DNA of 64,000 bases from Schmidtea polychroa. Taxonomy: Eukaryota. How positions within the stretch are numbered: position 1 is the first letter of the stretch; each line of letters begins with the position of its first letter. Below are positions 1 to 14,592 of the stretch, one piece after another. The stretch covers positions 214,148,001-214,212,000 of the forward strand of contig CM097885.1 of NCBI GenBank assembly GCA_044892525.1, given 5' to 3'. Made by a program: the position numbers and the translations under genes. The notes under the pieces are model-generated. The model saw only the letters and a program-made list of their open reading frames with translations. It searched no databases and had not been told where the DNA came from.

Positions 1-870
1 GGAAAATTTACTTTTTTCGGCTGCTGGTGTTTTTGGTGGTTTTGTTGATTTGGCAACTTATGATGAAATTTTTTATTTCTTTTCGCATGTTTGGCCATAT
101 GTATTTGTTGTGGGTGATTTCATATGTGGCCCTGTTTCCTGGATGATTGATATCGTTTATTTTTGAGATGCACGTATTCCTGTATTCCTTCGGTAGTAGT
201 ATTATTGGAGTATTTTTGTTACTGACGTCGTACCAATATTTGTTGATTTGTTCTAGTTTTAGACTGTATTTAGTTGGTAGTTTTTTCAGTGTTTCTGGTT
301 GTTCGATTTTGATTGTTTCGACTTCGAACATTTCGCTGAATTCGAGCACATTTATGTTTGTTTCGGTTCTTGATAGAGTGTCGGCTGCTATGTTTGCTGC
401 TCCTGCGATATAATTGATTGTACAATTAAATTTGGATATGTAATTTAATTGCCTTATTTGTTTTGGTGATGGATTTTTCATTTGGATTGCGTTTATATGA
501 AGTTTGTGGTCCGTGTATATTTTGAAGTTCCTCGCTTCTAGTAGGTGTTGAAATTATTTTATAGCCTCATGAATTGCGAGTAGTTCTCGATCGAATATTG
601 AGTATCTTGTCTGGTGTATTTTTAGTTTTTTAGAGAAGAAACCTATCGATTGTTTACCGAATCCATTGTCTTAGTAAAGGGTTGCCCCCATTGCGAAACC
701 AGAACAGTCTGTAGCTATGTTGTAGTCTAGTCTTATATCCGGGTATCCAAGTATTGTAGCTTAAGATAAACTTGTTTTTGCTTTTTCAAATTTTTTGATT
801 GTTTCCTCGGTCCGGTTTATTTTGATGTTTCGTCCTGTTTTTATTAGGTCGTTTAGGGGGGGTTAATTTT
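1..870 (-). mobile_element. Degenerate Ty3/gypsy pol fragment (RNase H to integrase zinc finger)
   Basis: ORF 8..481 has RQLNYISKFNCTINYIAGAANIAADTLSR (RNase H end) and HPG...WPNMRKEIKNFIISC (integrase H2C2). Upstream minus-strand sequence reads ATDCSGFAMGA and YSIFDRELLAI with in-frame stops. Confidence 0.85.
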
Positions 871-2764
871 TTTCTCGATAGGCTCACTCTATATAGTTTT
901 ACTATTTTTTTACCCAGTACAAACGACAACAACAAAGATCACAATTGCAAATTCTAATTGCGAAAAAAATTAACACCACGCTACAGACAAATTTCAGCTT
1001 TGCAATTTTTTCAATTATTAAAAAAATAATTGAATTTCTCTTAATTTATTTATGACAATAATTACGTAATCTAACAGTGACAGTTATACAATGTGAATAT
1101 CAAAAACGCAAAAGACAGGAACAATACTAATTTACAATTTATTATTTACTAAATAATACTAAATAAATTGGTGGATAATGCTGGATATTGTTGCGTTAAT
1201 TTAAATATAATTAATTATTAGCTTTTTTTGTTATCGAGGATAAAAGTGAAATAAGTATTTAAATAAAAATTTAGAGATTTTGCGGATCCCTTGGCAACTG
1301 CCCCAATGCCTAACCGTTGCTACTCCACTGAATGCAACTGAAACGCCTACACATAATTCTAAATCAGTTCTCAGCAGCCAACAAAAACTTCTTGGCTTGA
1401 CATGGATTGCATTGCATAAACTTACTAAAGTGAAGCCGAAATTGATATGACCATATCTAAATAGGTTATCAATTCTATTACGTCGAATACGATCAACTGG
1501 AAGTGGTTCGAATCTTAACTTCTCCGTGACAAAACCACGAGAACTAAGTTAAAATTCAGTGAAAAACTTTGCAAAACAGGCAAACATCACAGACAGTAGA
1601 GATACGTAGAGAATGAATTCTAAAATTATGTAGAACGACTCGGGGAATTAACGAAGTGAATAAAGAAATCAATAAAAATAAATGCACAAGACATAAGGAT
1701 AACTCGGTATATACCAACATAAGGATCCAACGTAAGAAACCATGAAGCTCAAGAGTAACCAAAGTAATATGAATATACGACACAGATATACGTATAATGC
1801 TCATACTAATAACCGGAATGGACCATAAGTATAAGAAAACGACACCGTTATCATAGAGATTGGGAAACAATTAGAACCAGAAGGGTGAGATATACAGTAA
1901 ATAAAAGAAACCTTCAAAGAGTACAGAACATTGAACACAAACCTCGTTACCATCGGAGATCGTTGATTTTGGAATCAACCAAATTTTGAAGGAACTCGAA
2001 TCAGCACGTTCACATTTCCTCGCCATCAATTCAGATCTTTAATTCACCACAACGACGATATACAAGTCTTATATTCCACGAGCTTTTGAAAAAGCAACTC
2101 ATGTTTAAATCAGAACCACATCCTATTCCGAGATACCTAGGCACATAAAAACTTTTTCATTATCGATGGACAAAATCAAACAATAAGCCTAGTTCGCATT
2201 AGGTTTCATCGACAACAAAAATTCACAAGATAACGAAATTTATCATGCTAACCTCTTTATCTTTCTAACGGTGTCTGACACCTAATTCTCATACTCTCCT
2301 CTGCAATCTTCGCTTCTGGCGATATTCAGCAGGCAGTTTTTAAACTCTTCATCAATGGATTTAACATATTTCAGATTGATTTCTTTCATCTATTATGATT
2401 TAACGATGACTATTTTACCAATGCTTCAAAATTTTCTATTATTACCCCTTGAAGAATTACAAGTATATACACATAGAAATCTCTTAACTTGAATTTGACG
2501 TAGACGAAATAATTCTTGTTTTGCTGACAAGCCTTCAATTTAATCTAATTTTTACATTTTTAATTAATTATTTCCTCACTTACTCACTTAAGTATAAATT
2601 CTTCTATCGAAAAATCTCATTAGTTATTTCTTTGATTTTTTTCTGCATTTATAAAATTATCCATTATTTATAAGTTATAAATTATAGCAATCCTTAAAAT
2701 TTTACTTATTTTATTATTTGATTCTTTTAAATAAAATGATTTTGTCTTTCGTTAATAAAGTTTA

Positions 2765-2935
2765 NNNNNNNNNNNNNNNNNNNNNNNNNNNNNNNNNNNN
2801 NNNNNNNNNNNNNNNNNNNNNNNNNNNNNNNNNNNNNNNNNNNNNNNNNNNNNNNNNNNNNNNNNNNNNNNNNNNNNNNNNNNNNNNNNNNNNNNNNNNN
2901 NNNNNNNNNNNNNNNNNNNNNNNNNNNNNNNNNNN
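2765..2935. other. Assembly gap (N run)
   Basis: Run of N. Confidence 1.
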
Positions 2936-3563
2936 TAAAAAGATAGAAAAATTTAAGTTATTAAATAAACTAGGTTTAATTAATTATTTCATTAGAACAC
3001 CTTAAGGCAAATAATTCATCTTTATAATATAAATGAAATTGCTTTAAATATTAAACAAAATTTGTATGAATTTAATAATTTCTACATAAATATATAAGTT
3101 CCTTCTCCAGAAATAATACCATTTAACAATTTTAAAATAACTCAATGTTTAATTTAGGATTGATTGGCAATATAGTTCGAATCCACGAGCAGAATTTTTA
3201 TTAATCCATTACGCAATCGGCAGGAGTGAGGATTAAAATTGAGTACAATCAAAAAATATTGATTACGGCACAAATCGTCACTAAAACAATCAATAATAAT
3301 AATAATTCAGGTGAATTGATTACATGACAAAAATGATGCATCAATGACTCCTGCTCCGTGAATCTGGATTTGCATCACAGAAACAATTCCATTCAAATGA
3401 CCCAGAATCGTGGACAATATTAATGAGACTTTTGACTCGATAGATTGTCTTTTTTGATTGGACGGCAGTTTACCAATGATATAGCATTTATTGGAAATTT
3501 TATTTATTATTATTACAAATGATAATAATTAATAATATTTATTAAAAATATAATAACATTATA

Positions 3564-3648
<85 letters not shown>
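3564..3648. repeat. (AAT)n microsatellite, about 28 units
   Basis: Perfect AAT run. Confidence 0.98.
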
Positions 3649-4061
3649 GTATTAGCAACCAATAACTCGCTTCATAACTTGCACCTTAACAGCTTTACGC
3701 AATTCAGTCAGACTAGGCATGACATTCGACCGTACAGCATGGCGGGTTTGACAGCGATAAAACAGCCTTGCTAGAAAGTGACCTGATTCATGGCAAGCAA
3801 CAATTCGGCCATGCACTATAAAAGATATAAAACTATTTACTGTGATGAGTATGTCTAGTTTTAGTTGCTAGGTCTTGTTAGATACTCAATTCATACAATC
3901 GTATTGAGTTTGATAATTTATATACATATCTAATTGAATTAATATAAAAATTACAAATATTAAATTATTTATTGAAGAAAATTAAAATAAATCAAAAATA
4001 AATTGAAGTATTTATTTACGAAATGATAACTACATCTTGGGAGGAGTGAGTATATTTTTGG

Positions 4062-5269
4062 TTAATATTTTGTCTGTGACATTGATAGATTTGATAAAGC
4101 ATCGTGAGCAGGGTATCGACAGCTGATTGAAGAAATGGATGGTTGGGTTGGTGTTTGACGAGAGAAATTGGAATTCAAAATTGGATCGCACTGATTTGTG
4201 TTGCGATTAATGAGAAACGGATCGATTCGGAATGGATTTGAAACAGATAACTCTTCGGATTTAATGAGGGGAAAATTCCCGGAACATAAAACCGGAGGAT
4301 AACCAATTGGACTGTTGAAAATCGGCTCCTGTTGGTGAAAGTAAGAATTTGATTCGGACGTCATGAAATAACTCGGAAATTTATGATATTGGGAATTGTA
4401 TAATGTGTTGGGATATGGATTCCAAAACATTCCCGATGATCTTCTTGGCATGAAAAATTGAGATCGAAAATTTTCGAAATTTTTCTGACACATACAATTA
4501 TACTGCAAACATCCCGAGCAACAATTTTCTTTTTCTATGATGGAAAAAATAAATTAAATCATATTGGAAAACATTTTTTACTATTATTTGATAATGAATC
4601 TGAGGGATTGATTAAAAAATTATTTTCCTAAATTGAAAAATAAATAAATATATATATATTCGAATTTGGATTATTACCATATAGATATTATTTGATTCCA
4701 ATGATTTCTTTCTATTTTCTCTATGAGGTCGCAAATCTGGCTTCAAATGATCATGCATACCTTTCGCTTGAAAAAATACTCGATCTTCATCTCTCCTCCA
4801 ATAGTGAGTGACCGGAAAGCCGACATTTCCTTTACAAGGCTGTAATATCAAATTTCCATTGCAATTCGGGCATTTATTCTTCATTTGTTTTTTGCGAGCT
4901 TTATCACAAATCGCTGGTCTCAATACAACAGGTTCTCTAGTTCCGGGTCTTATGCATTTTTTTTCGCACAACAATACACCTAAACACGATTTCTTCAATA
5001 TTTCTCGATTGTGATTATTTGTGTTTCTCATCGCCCATCCGCTTATATGTCTCCGGACTCTTTCATTTTTCGAATAATCATACACCAATTTAATATGACC
5101 ATCAGGCCATATTTGAAAGTCATTCGTTTCAATCAACTGGATTTAGAAAATTAATACATAAATGAAAACTTTATGCTACCTGTGGTAAACTCAAATCCGC
5201 TACATCCCAGTCATTTATTAAAGGGGAAGCGGCTGTCTTATCTATATTAATTGACGATTCTAAATGCAT
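4062..5269 (-). CDS. gcm: Glial cells missing (GCM) transcription factor, 4 exons, ~355 aa: complement(join(4062..4534,4582..4627,4678..5136,5180..5269))
   Basis: GCM domain motifs WDVADLSLPQ|LIETNDFQIWPDG, GWAMRNTNNHNREILKKSCLGVLLC, LRPAICDKAR, CPNC, GFPVTHYWR, FFQAKGMHDH. Three GT-AG introns (43, 50, 47 nt) restore one frame joining ORFs 4612..5136 and 4062..4508. Confidence 0.93.
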
Positions 5270-8173
5270 TCTCAAATGAGGGAGACCCTGATTATCCACC
5301 ATAATATTAGTAAGTGGCTACTAAACACACATCAAGTTATTGTGGGAATTTAACCAATCAAAATGCTTTGAATAATTTCCTGGGATTTTATTGGGTAATA
5401 TTATACACATACATGAATTGAACGATAAATTTTGGCGGACCAAATCTAATTTGTGAACAATTATCAGCACAAACTATATTTTTTACCAAGTTATTTTTGC
5501 ATCACTTTTGCAAAACTCCTCAAGTAAAACCATTCAACCGAAAAATTAACTTTATTAATATAAATTAAATTAATCGATTAATGATATTAAACCTTTTTTT
5601 TAATTAAAATATAATGAATTAATTTTTTTATTAAATAAATTAAGTGTTTAGTCACTAAACTTTAGTGTGAGAGAAATATGATACATATTATTTCCAAATA
5701 AAATGGAAGCGGATTGATAAAAATGTTTTAAGGTAAAATTAATAAATTTCTAATAAAAATTAAATATTGGCAATTTGGATTAATTTATTGAGGAAAAGTT
5801 TTAAATTGTAAAACTTGATGTTGTTGGTTTTATAATTTTATTTTTAAATGATTGTTCATTGCTTTTATTATACTCATTAATTGGTTTTTATTTGATGGAA
5901 TATTTAGATATTTTACAGATTGTTGCTAAGACGCATATATGCGTCGGCGGCCTGAAAGGGTGGTCGGTCATATCGTTTATAATGTAATGCGATGGTATCG
6001 AGTTAATGGTTTGATCGTTGCTGCATGATAATATGATGACAGTCAGTCTATCAGATGGCAAAAATCCAAATAAATGTATGGTTGATTTAATCAAAACCGA
6101 ATGACAGTGGAGCTTTAACAATTGATAGAATCACTGCTCCGTGTTTTTGTGCTCAGTAGTCACTCTGAATTTTATCTCTATCCTGCATTCCTAACATGCT
6201 TAATGAACCCGTTTTTGAAACCGCTTAACAACCGTAATTCGAGGTTACGCTTCCAAGCACTTCATGGTTGATTTTTTTTTAATATTTTAATGATATTGAT
6301 TGTTGATTTTGATAATTTTTACTTTTATTCGCTGAATTCAATCTTTCTATTGGTGGGAAAACTCTTTGTTAATTAAAGTTATAATAATTTAAATAATAAT
6401 AAATTTTAGGAACTATTGAATGAAAGATTATATAAAAAATAGGCTTATTTACACATGCTATAGCGGTTCTATAATGACGTAATAATTACGTAGTAAAATA
6501 AAATTTTCAGACCGCTGGTGTTGCTTTGAAATTAATAATTATAATCGGTTTTTATTTTTATTTGAAAATTAAATTTTTGATATGATTTTAGAGAATATGA
6601 GTGAGTGAGAAGAGCTGAGTGAGAATATTTAGGCTTTTAAGTTAAATTACAAATAAATTAAAATAGAGATGCAGTGAGGTAATTCTGTGCCAAAGACGGA
6701 CTATGAAATCATCTCCCTTTTCCTTCATGATTTATTTAACAGTTTCCAAATACAGATGTCCCTTAATTTATGCGCTAGTTTGGGACCACCAAAATTACGC
6801 ATAATTCAAAGCCGCATAATTCGAGACTAAGAATCCATAAAAAATATGGGGCCCGGTACACCCAAAAAAAATATTTATAAAAATAAAAAGTCATTTTCAC
6901 CATTATTTGTAAACAGGGCCGTAACAAGGGTGGTGCGAGCGGTGCAGTCGCACAGGGCGCACATCTGAAAGGGGCGCAAAATTGGAATGTTTAGTTCCTT
7001 TTTGTCGCGCGTCAGACGATTCGACTTTTCAAAACACTCTTTCACATTTTGTGAAGTGAACCTGGTAGCCCTGGCTTGTTGCACTTTGAACTCTAACCTT
7101 TTAGCACGATCCTTGTTGACCTTAAATTTAACTTTATTGAAAGTGGAATATTTACACAAAACCGCAGATATCCGTTTAATAGAATCAGGCACTAAAACAG
7201 TCATATAAAATCCCTAAAGTCTAAAGTAAATAGTGTATATTGTGGATGCTTATCACATTCGCTATTCACCGTGCTGATCGAATGAGTGTTGATGCCAAAG
7301 TCATAAATTATAAACATACATTTATATTAAATAGCACGAAAAAGAGGTATTTCACACTCTATTTCAACTTTTATTTTTGGACATAATTACTTCAAAGAAC
7401 CCATCTTTGTTTCCAGCTTTATTAAAGCAAATGGTAATTTTAGTAAAGGAGTCTCACCTACCTATATGTAGTTATCGGGACTTCCATTATAAACGAACTT
7501 TCTCATTGTTTGATCTGTTACACCCCAATATGGGTGTATTAAAACATTCAGCAACTCTAGCAACTTTTCTTTTGGGCAAAGTGTGCTCCTATCGCTTCCG
7601 GCTATGATATCAAACTATTTCTGACCCTAATGACAATAATAACCATTACATTTATGCAAATATAAATTCTCAACATCAGCAACAAGTCGAATAGGAGACT
7701 GCAAATTCCTCCAGGTAGTTGATAGTTGATCTGTTTTCATATTGAAACCTTTAATAGTTGTGATATAAAACTAACAATCATTAACATTGCTATTTCTTCC
7801 AGATGATGAAAATTATCAGTTTCTTCTTAAATTACATTTAAAATTTAAAGACACATAAAGACACACATTTCTTTTTTTACCACATAATTTCACTTTAAAA
7901 TAGGCATGATATATTGCTAAACGTTAGTTTCACTGTAAGACCTTCACTGCAAGACCCCATAAAACACGATTACATGGAAAACATGGATGCCGTGTTTTAT
8001 TCGCTTTTTAGCATTCATCGCATGTTTTTCATTAGAAGTGTTTTGTTATCTTTTAGTTGACCTTAACATATGCGTAAGCTTGTCTATAACAAGGTATCGC
8101 CGTTGTCTTATAATCAGGTCATCGTCTAAATCCACGTTGTGGTGATCTAAACTCATTCATATATACATTAGAA

Positions 8174-8420
8174 CAGGGGTGTCTAATCTTTTGCAGCATC
8201 TTGGCCACATGGTAAATATTTGAAAGCAGGCGGGCCACATAAAAAAGTCAACTAAATTTAAAAGTTTAGTTTTATAATGAAAATGAAAAATGCTTTGTAC
8301 ATGTAATGCATAAAATATTATAATCTTGTATTAGAATTATAAAAATGGTGAAACACAACATAAACATTGGAATGATTTATATTTGTTATACCACGCGTGG
8401 GCCACAAGTAAAACACCCTT
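8174..8420. mobile_element. Probable degenerate hAT (Charlie-like) MITE
   Basis: Starts CAGGGGTGTCTAATCTTTT, has GCGGGCCACA subterminal motifs, ends ...AAACACCCTT. No clean TSD found. Confidence 0.45.
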
Positions 8421-10350
8421 CTATTCTATTGTTGCTCATACATTCAGTGGTTGCTCATTCATGTTCAGCCATGTTTTTCGTTAATTAATACTTTTTGTTA
8501 TCAATATAAAATTGAAGACTAAGAGTATTTTAAGTTTAAGAAAATTTATGTATTTATGAAATATATAAATAAATTACGTATCTTAATTTTCTATAGTAAG
8601 TAGCAGATTTGTAATATTTATTTATTTAATTAGCTTCCTAGCACGTAGTACGAACTTGAAGTGTATCATCTGAGAAACAAATACAATGTAACTGGGTAAA
8701 AAAGGCAATATGTTAGTAGGATTCTTAGAATGCAAAACAATGATTTTCATAAATATAAAATTCAACTTAATTTTTATTATATTATTACAACTGCATAGTC
8801 AGAAGTACATTCAGGAAACATGAAACATACACAACTGAAGTTGTTTAGGACAGGTCGGACAATAAGTTGTTTTTTTACATTCTGTCGTAGCTATGAGCAG
8901 TCAAAAGAACGTCTAATATTTTCATAACATAATGTTCAACCTCATCTTATGTATTTCCCGCAAGTATTATAATGGCCATGCAAATCAGACAAGATTCGCG
9001 GGTTTTTTGACTACCCTTAAAGTTCCCTAGCTAATTATTATTTTTCTTCACTCTACTGAATATCTTTTAAAGTAAAATTATTTCATTTATTTTCTTAAGC
9101 TTATGTAAAAATATCGTGACTAGTTTAACAGAATCTTAAATGTGACTCAATATTAAAATTACACAAAAGCAAAAAACTACCAAAATTCAAATAATATAAA
9201 TCAAATAGTATGCATTTAAAATTTGCCAGCTTGATATTAGTAATTATATTAATTAATTTAAACAACGATAAAGCTTAAGAAATAAATTTAATAATTCAAA
9301 TGAAAATTTAAGAATTGAAAATTTTTGAAACAAAAGCTTCTTGATTTTAGAATATTCATGAAAAGATCTATTTATTCATTTGTGAATTAAAATTTTAAAA
9401 ACTCTAAAAATTTCTGGAGACAGAATCGTGCCCTCTAGCGACTACTTTGGGAACCATTGAATTACATAAATGACAATTTTGACTGGGATGATACAGCAAA
9501 TTGGAGGGGAAATGACAAAGTCAGTGAGGTAATCAAAAATGGTACAAGAATTAAAGTGAAAGTTCGGGAACTAGATATAAGTGCATCAAATAAATTTGAA
9601 ACTGAATATTTTATAAAATTCTATTTTTTCTGAAAGGAAAAATGAAATTGTTTTGAATAATCATATTCAATAGCAAAATATTTTTGCTGTTTTTGTAAAT
9701 TATCTAAACATTACCTAATAATTTATTTTCAAAAAGATATCGCCAAAAATGTGTTAAATATAAAACTCTGAAAGCTATATGAAAATAAAAGTTGTTATCC
9801 AAAATTGTTACTAAATATTAATATTACAATACCTAAATTACATAAAATAAATTTGCTTTGTAATATGGAAATTGACACGGTACTAATAAATGTCAAAAAC
9901 TCCTATAAATTGTGCGTTGGTGCATTTGAAAAAGAGAGAAAGTAATTTGAAGATAAATTGTGTAAATAAACAGTTATTGGAAACTATATTTTATAAATAT
10001 TTTAAGATATTATTAATTAAAAGAGGTTTCTGAGTTAATTAAAGAAACTTTAAAAATTAAAAAAAAAATTTTAGTGTTGCGTTTTAATTTTACAGGATAT
10101 TTAATTTTAAAAAATTTAAATTCTACAGAAAAAAAGTTTATTATTATTTTTAACTAATAAGACGTAAAAACAGGAAATAAAAGAGAAGATCAAAAAGCAT
10201 TTGGAAAATAGAAGAAATTAAATTCCAGGAAATTGACAAGGGCTATTTATACAACAATATTAATAATAAACATAATAATAAAACAAAATGAATTAATAAT
10301 AAATGTCTTTTAATCAAATAAATAAGTATTAATAAGTAAAACAATATATT

Positions 10351-10659
10351 TTATAAAAACAATTTAAAACATTTATAGATAATTAAATCAATTACTTCGA
10401 CTGACCATTTGACATAATTCTCATAAAAAGATTGTGATTTGATAAGAATCTGCTTCATATACACGAAAGCCACTATGACGCGTGTCCAGTTCCTGCCTGA
10501 TTCGAAAAGAGAACAAAGTACCAGTTTCAAATGGTACTCCTTTGCTCTAATCGATTTCTGATTTAAATTATACGAAAAATCAATAAGGTTTTCTTCTGTT
10601 ATATTGTCAGCATAGGATAAAAGAGTTCGGAAACTTGTAATAAAATTTGTTTGGTTCAT
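10351..10659 (-). CDS. Intronless 102-aa Bcl-2-like (BH1-containing) ORF
   Basis: SLFESGRNWTRVIVAFVY matches BH1 (ELFRDGVNWGRIVAFF). The following helix YVKWSVEVI resembles Bcl-2 alpha6. ATG start, TAA stop, no BH2 or TM. Confidence 0.55.
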   Translation of the reverse strand: MNQTNFITSFRTLLSYADNITEENLIDFSYNLNQKSIRAKEYHLKLVLCSLFESGRNWTRVIVAFVYMKQILIKSQSFYENYVKWSVEVIDLIIYKCFKLFL

Positions 10660-10700
10660 TTTAATAAAAAAATATTGACAAAAAATGTATGAATAATAAA

Positions 10701-10702
<2 letters not shown>

Positions 10703-10763
<61 letters not shown>
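10703..10763. repeat. (AAT)n microsatellite
   Basis: Perfect AAT run. Confidence 0.97.
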
Positions 10764-10765
<2 letters not shown>

Positions 10766-13250
10766 TAATATTATAATTAATCGTTAAAATTAAATAATTT
10801 TGATTTGACTTACCTATTATTTATTTGATTTACTTGATCCAGTTGTGGCATGTTCTTAAAGTCTGAAAAAAATGTGAAAAAACGTTGAAAATTATGGAAA
10901 ATGTAAAATTTATTTGACCTACATAAAATTTTTGGTAACTTACATAAAAATACTAGGAATTTTAGAAAAATAATTCTTATCCGGGGGGTGTACCTGATCC
11001 ATCTACTCATATCTTCTCATCTTATTAACAACCTTGACAGCTCGAACTTTGAAACTATCTGCACGAATAAAAACATGTATTTTACTCCATAATTGTATCA
11101 CTGTGAAAACACCCTCACAATGAATTTAATGACATGAGAATTATCTTGTATTGAGGATACCTAAATAATAAAATTATATAATTATTAAAGTGAGCAAAAT
11201 GAGTAGGGAGAAAAGGTATAAAATAAAGGTTATGTTGCTCCAGAAATCTGAGAAGTAGGATCAGTGGGAAGAAATGAAAAAGTGAAAAGGAAATAGCAAA
11301 GAATAGATAAAATCCAAAATGAAATACAATGTTGCAAATCGAAGAAGGAAAACGAAAACAAAATCTAATTTAAATTTTCATATCTTGACAACTAGTCCGA
11401 AATAACAGATGAATCACAAAAGAAGTCGGAGAAAAAGAAGATGGCAGGATAAATTCGGATTTTATATCTCGACAGTTGTCAGAGATAACAGAGAAATTAG
11501 CTGCAGATTATTTGAAGGCAAAAATCGAAAACCTAAATTTATCTACAATTGCCTGTGAATGGCAACTTATAAAAGGAGATACACAAATCGAGTTAGACAG
11601 AAGAAAGACTGAAGAGAAATAAACGAAATATTTGGAGAAAATTATGGAAGTGAAGAAACAGTAAACTCAGGATTTATTATAATTTGAAGGAGTAGCAATT
11701 GGAAGCAAGGTATCACAGAGATTAAAGAGGCATAACAGAATTTTAAAGTAACCAAAGAGTAACCAATTAGTACAAGTATATCGAAGAGGTTTAACTGAGA
11801 GGCAGTTAAGCGATCATTGAATCCTGAATCTTTTGTGTAATTATATTAGAAAAAATCAAATTAATTGTAATTTTAATAGACAATATATGTTGTTAACAAA
11901 GAAAACCTGTCACTGTTGTTAATATTTAAAGATACGGTTGAAATCAGATCAATAATTGGTAATATTTATTTCATTGACAACCCCAACATTTGAAAAAATG
12001 ATTCTCATTTTTCTTACGCTTCTTACACTAAGAATATCGGTTACATATCAAATTATAGTCAGGCTCGATATTTACCACCCTGCCTTCCTACTCTACATTC
12101 ATTTTTATTTGTAATCTGTTCACTGGGATGATATCTAACTCATTGAATAACTCATCGAAAATCCTTTCGACCCATTAGAGCTAGTTCATAATTTCATTAA
12201 AAAACAATACATGTCATATGCCTGCATTGAACAGTTAGGTAAAACTCAGCGTTTTGCAATCTGGGATATCCTATGAAATCAATGGAAATCACCATCCTCA
12301 AAGACGCCCCCATGATTAGAACTAGTAGACTAACCACAGTACGCAGACAAGTTACTAAGTTCTCTCAAAAACGAATTCCATGATTTTGAGGTTGCTGATC
12401 TTTCGTTTCATATTTTCCCTTACTGCGTATACTCGACTATAAGTAGAGAAATTTTGTTCTATTTTCACGATGGCGAAATGATCTTTGACTTATACTTGAG
12501 AGACAAAATATACTGAAGATTTTTGGACCGAATAACCAAAATTAACAAATTAAATTTAAACCCCGCGTTTGTTTAGTTTAATCGTTCTTAATTCAACCAA
12601 TTTAACACTTGAGCATAATCCGGAAAATTTCAACTAGGTCAAGAAGAAATAACTTTGACCTCACTTAAGTTTAAATTGGTAATTTTGGAAGATAAAACTT
12701 GTTTAAAAACAACTTCCGACTTATACTCAACGAACTTATAGTGCAGTTCCGAAAAATTGTGATAAATAGAAAATATTGATCTTTATTCGAAAACTAAATG
12801 AAGATAAATAAAAACATCAAAGAGGAAAAAGAAAGTTAAATTTATTAAATTGATAATAATTTTAATTAATTAAATTTATTAAATTGATAATAATTTTAAT
12901 TAATTTAATATTTGCAAAAGTTTATTACAAAAATTTCAAAAGTTATTTCCGCCATGGTAAACGATTTTTATTGAAAATATTTGATATTATTTGTGAAATA
13001 TCCCTATTTATAAATATGATTTTAAAAATAAATGTTTCAAAAGTTTTCCTAGTGAAAAAATAAACTTACTCAATTCGTATCTTCATAAAAATGAATAACA
13101 TCTATAAAAGCATGTTCAAATAATAAAAAAATAATTACATAACTTATTCATTAAAAGCTAGAAAATACATTAAGTTACATTTAAATTATTATGTAGAATC
13201 ATAAGACCAATTTGTAAAATATATTCATAGGAAAATCCAGCAGGTTTGCA

Positions 13251-13674
13251 CAGGCGGCCTTAATAACAGGGTTAAATGGGCTTTAGCCCCAGGACGCAAG
13301 ACTTTTCGGGCACCAATTGTTATTTGAGATGTATATGTTTTTTGTTATTATTAGTTATTTAGTTATTAGTTTTATAAAAATTCATTTTTCATATTATTGA
13401 TCAGTTTGTCAAAGAAAATGCTAGGAAAATAGATATATAAGTTACTTTTGTTTCTTGTTTGCATTAAGGTTTGTTTTGGTTTTATAAGGATTTTTTAATT
13501 TTATTTAATTCAATTTTTTGTTTTTGTTTTGTATATAGGTAATAAATTGATGTTTTTTAGTTCTGACACTTTGGTATAACTTTTCTCCCGTTTGCTATTC
13601 TGTGAATTTTCTTACGAAGACCTGCGCATTATTTTTAGTAGCCCACTGGCACCGAATTTTTTAAGACGGCCCTG
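13251..13674. mobile_element. hAT-type MITE
   Basis: Imperfect TIRs CAGGCGGCCTTAA / TTAAGACGGCCCTG; flanking 8-mers GGTTTGCA / GGTTTGAA (7/8 TSD). Confidence 0.7.
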
Positions 13675-13899
13675 GGTTTGAACAATGTTGATGCTTCCAT
13701 AAATTCATAAGAAAATCCAATAGTTTTGAACAATATTGATGCTTCGACAAATTCATAAAAAGATCCGGTAGGTTTGTGCAGTACTGATGCTTCAATTTTT
13801 ATTTGAGGATTGAATTCAAAATTTCCTCTAGCAATGCATTTATACAATACAGGATTGAACGAAGTTAATTTTTCGTAAACAATTAAATTGTCATTAAAG

Positions 13900-14592
13900 A
13901 TCAGTGAGTGATTATTGATACAATTATATACAATTATATCCAATCGGAGCTGATCTGACGTTCATTTGAGGATTTGTAATGTCATATGATGTTTTCGTTA
14001 GAAGAACTTCGAATATTAATGGCCGTGAGTATATCAAGAATAGGAAAATTGGTGTTGATACCATAATGAATCTGATATAGAAGCGAGATAGTGGCCTGTT
14101 TGACGAGTTGACGTTTCGAATATTGTAATGATGTGCATTTAACCCGAAGAAGTTGTGATAAATACAGATGGGGATAACCCTTAAAGTTGACGGAGGGTTG
14201 GCCCCGGACATCCAAAGTGACATGTTCTAGCAATGGATGAAATTTTTTTGTGAAAAACAAGTCAGGAATGGAAAAGAGTTTGATTTGTTAGTTTTTTAGG
14301 GGTATGAAATTTGTAGTGGGATAATTTATCCCGTGGACACATTATATCAAGGAAGATATTTGTTCTTGCAGTAAAGGATCAGGAACGGATGAGATGGAGG
14401 GGGCGTGTTTCGAATAGGTTTTGTGGTGACCAGTTTATCTGCATTTTTTACCAGCTGGAAAGTATCATCTGAATCGACGACGAGGAGTGAGATTTGAACG
14501 TGATGTGTTAGCGCTGTTAAAAATGGTGGCATAAGAGAGTAGTATTCTACGATAGTCCAGTATGAGTGTTCTCATGTTTTCGTACAAATTGG
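13900..14592 (-). mobile_element. Old gypsy gag-protease relic, 3' part (interrupted by the giant element)
   Basis: Frameshifted minus-strand peptides FLTALTHHVQISLLVVDSDDTFQLVKNADKL (gag), LVFHKKF and TNFPILDILTAINI (degenerate FLIDTG protease). Confidence 0.6.
14589..14592. other. Target-site duplication TTGG (left)
   Basis: TTGG precedes the LTR at 14593 and TTGG follows the LTR end at 45338. Removing the element plus one TTGG restores FLSQFVR in the older gag frame. Confidence 0.9.

Noticed and set aside
2718-3005. ORF across the N gap (also 55918..56326)
   Set aside because: Open only because Ns hide stops
6914-6980. CAGGGCCG... hAT-like termini (also 47710, 48623)
   Set aside because: Only one end found, with no partner TIR or TSD
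11200-12800. Purine-rich stretch resembling decayed gag
   Set aside because: Too many stops and no diagnostic motif to support a call
13635-13943. 102-aa ORF with three 16-aa (48-nt) repeats
   Set aside because: Non-ATG start, C-terminus comes from the MITE end, and it lies in the decayed gypsy protease linker
1-14592. pol relic at 1-870 and gag relic at 13900-14592 as one element
   Set aside because: Same strand and compatible order, but 13 kb apart with an intact gcm gene between and no shared LTRs seen
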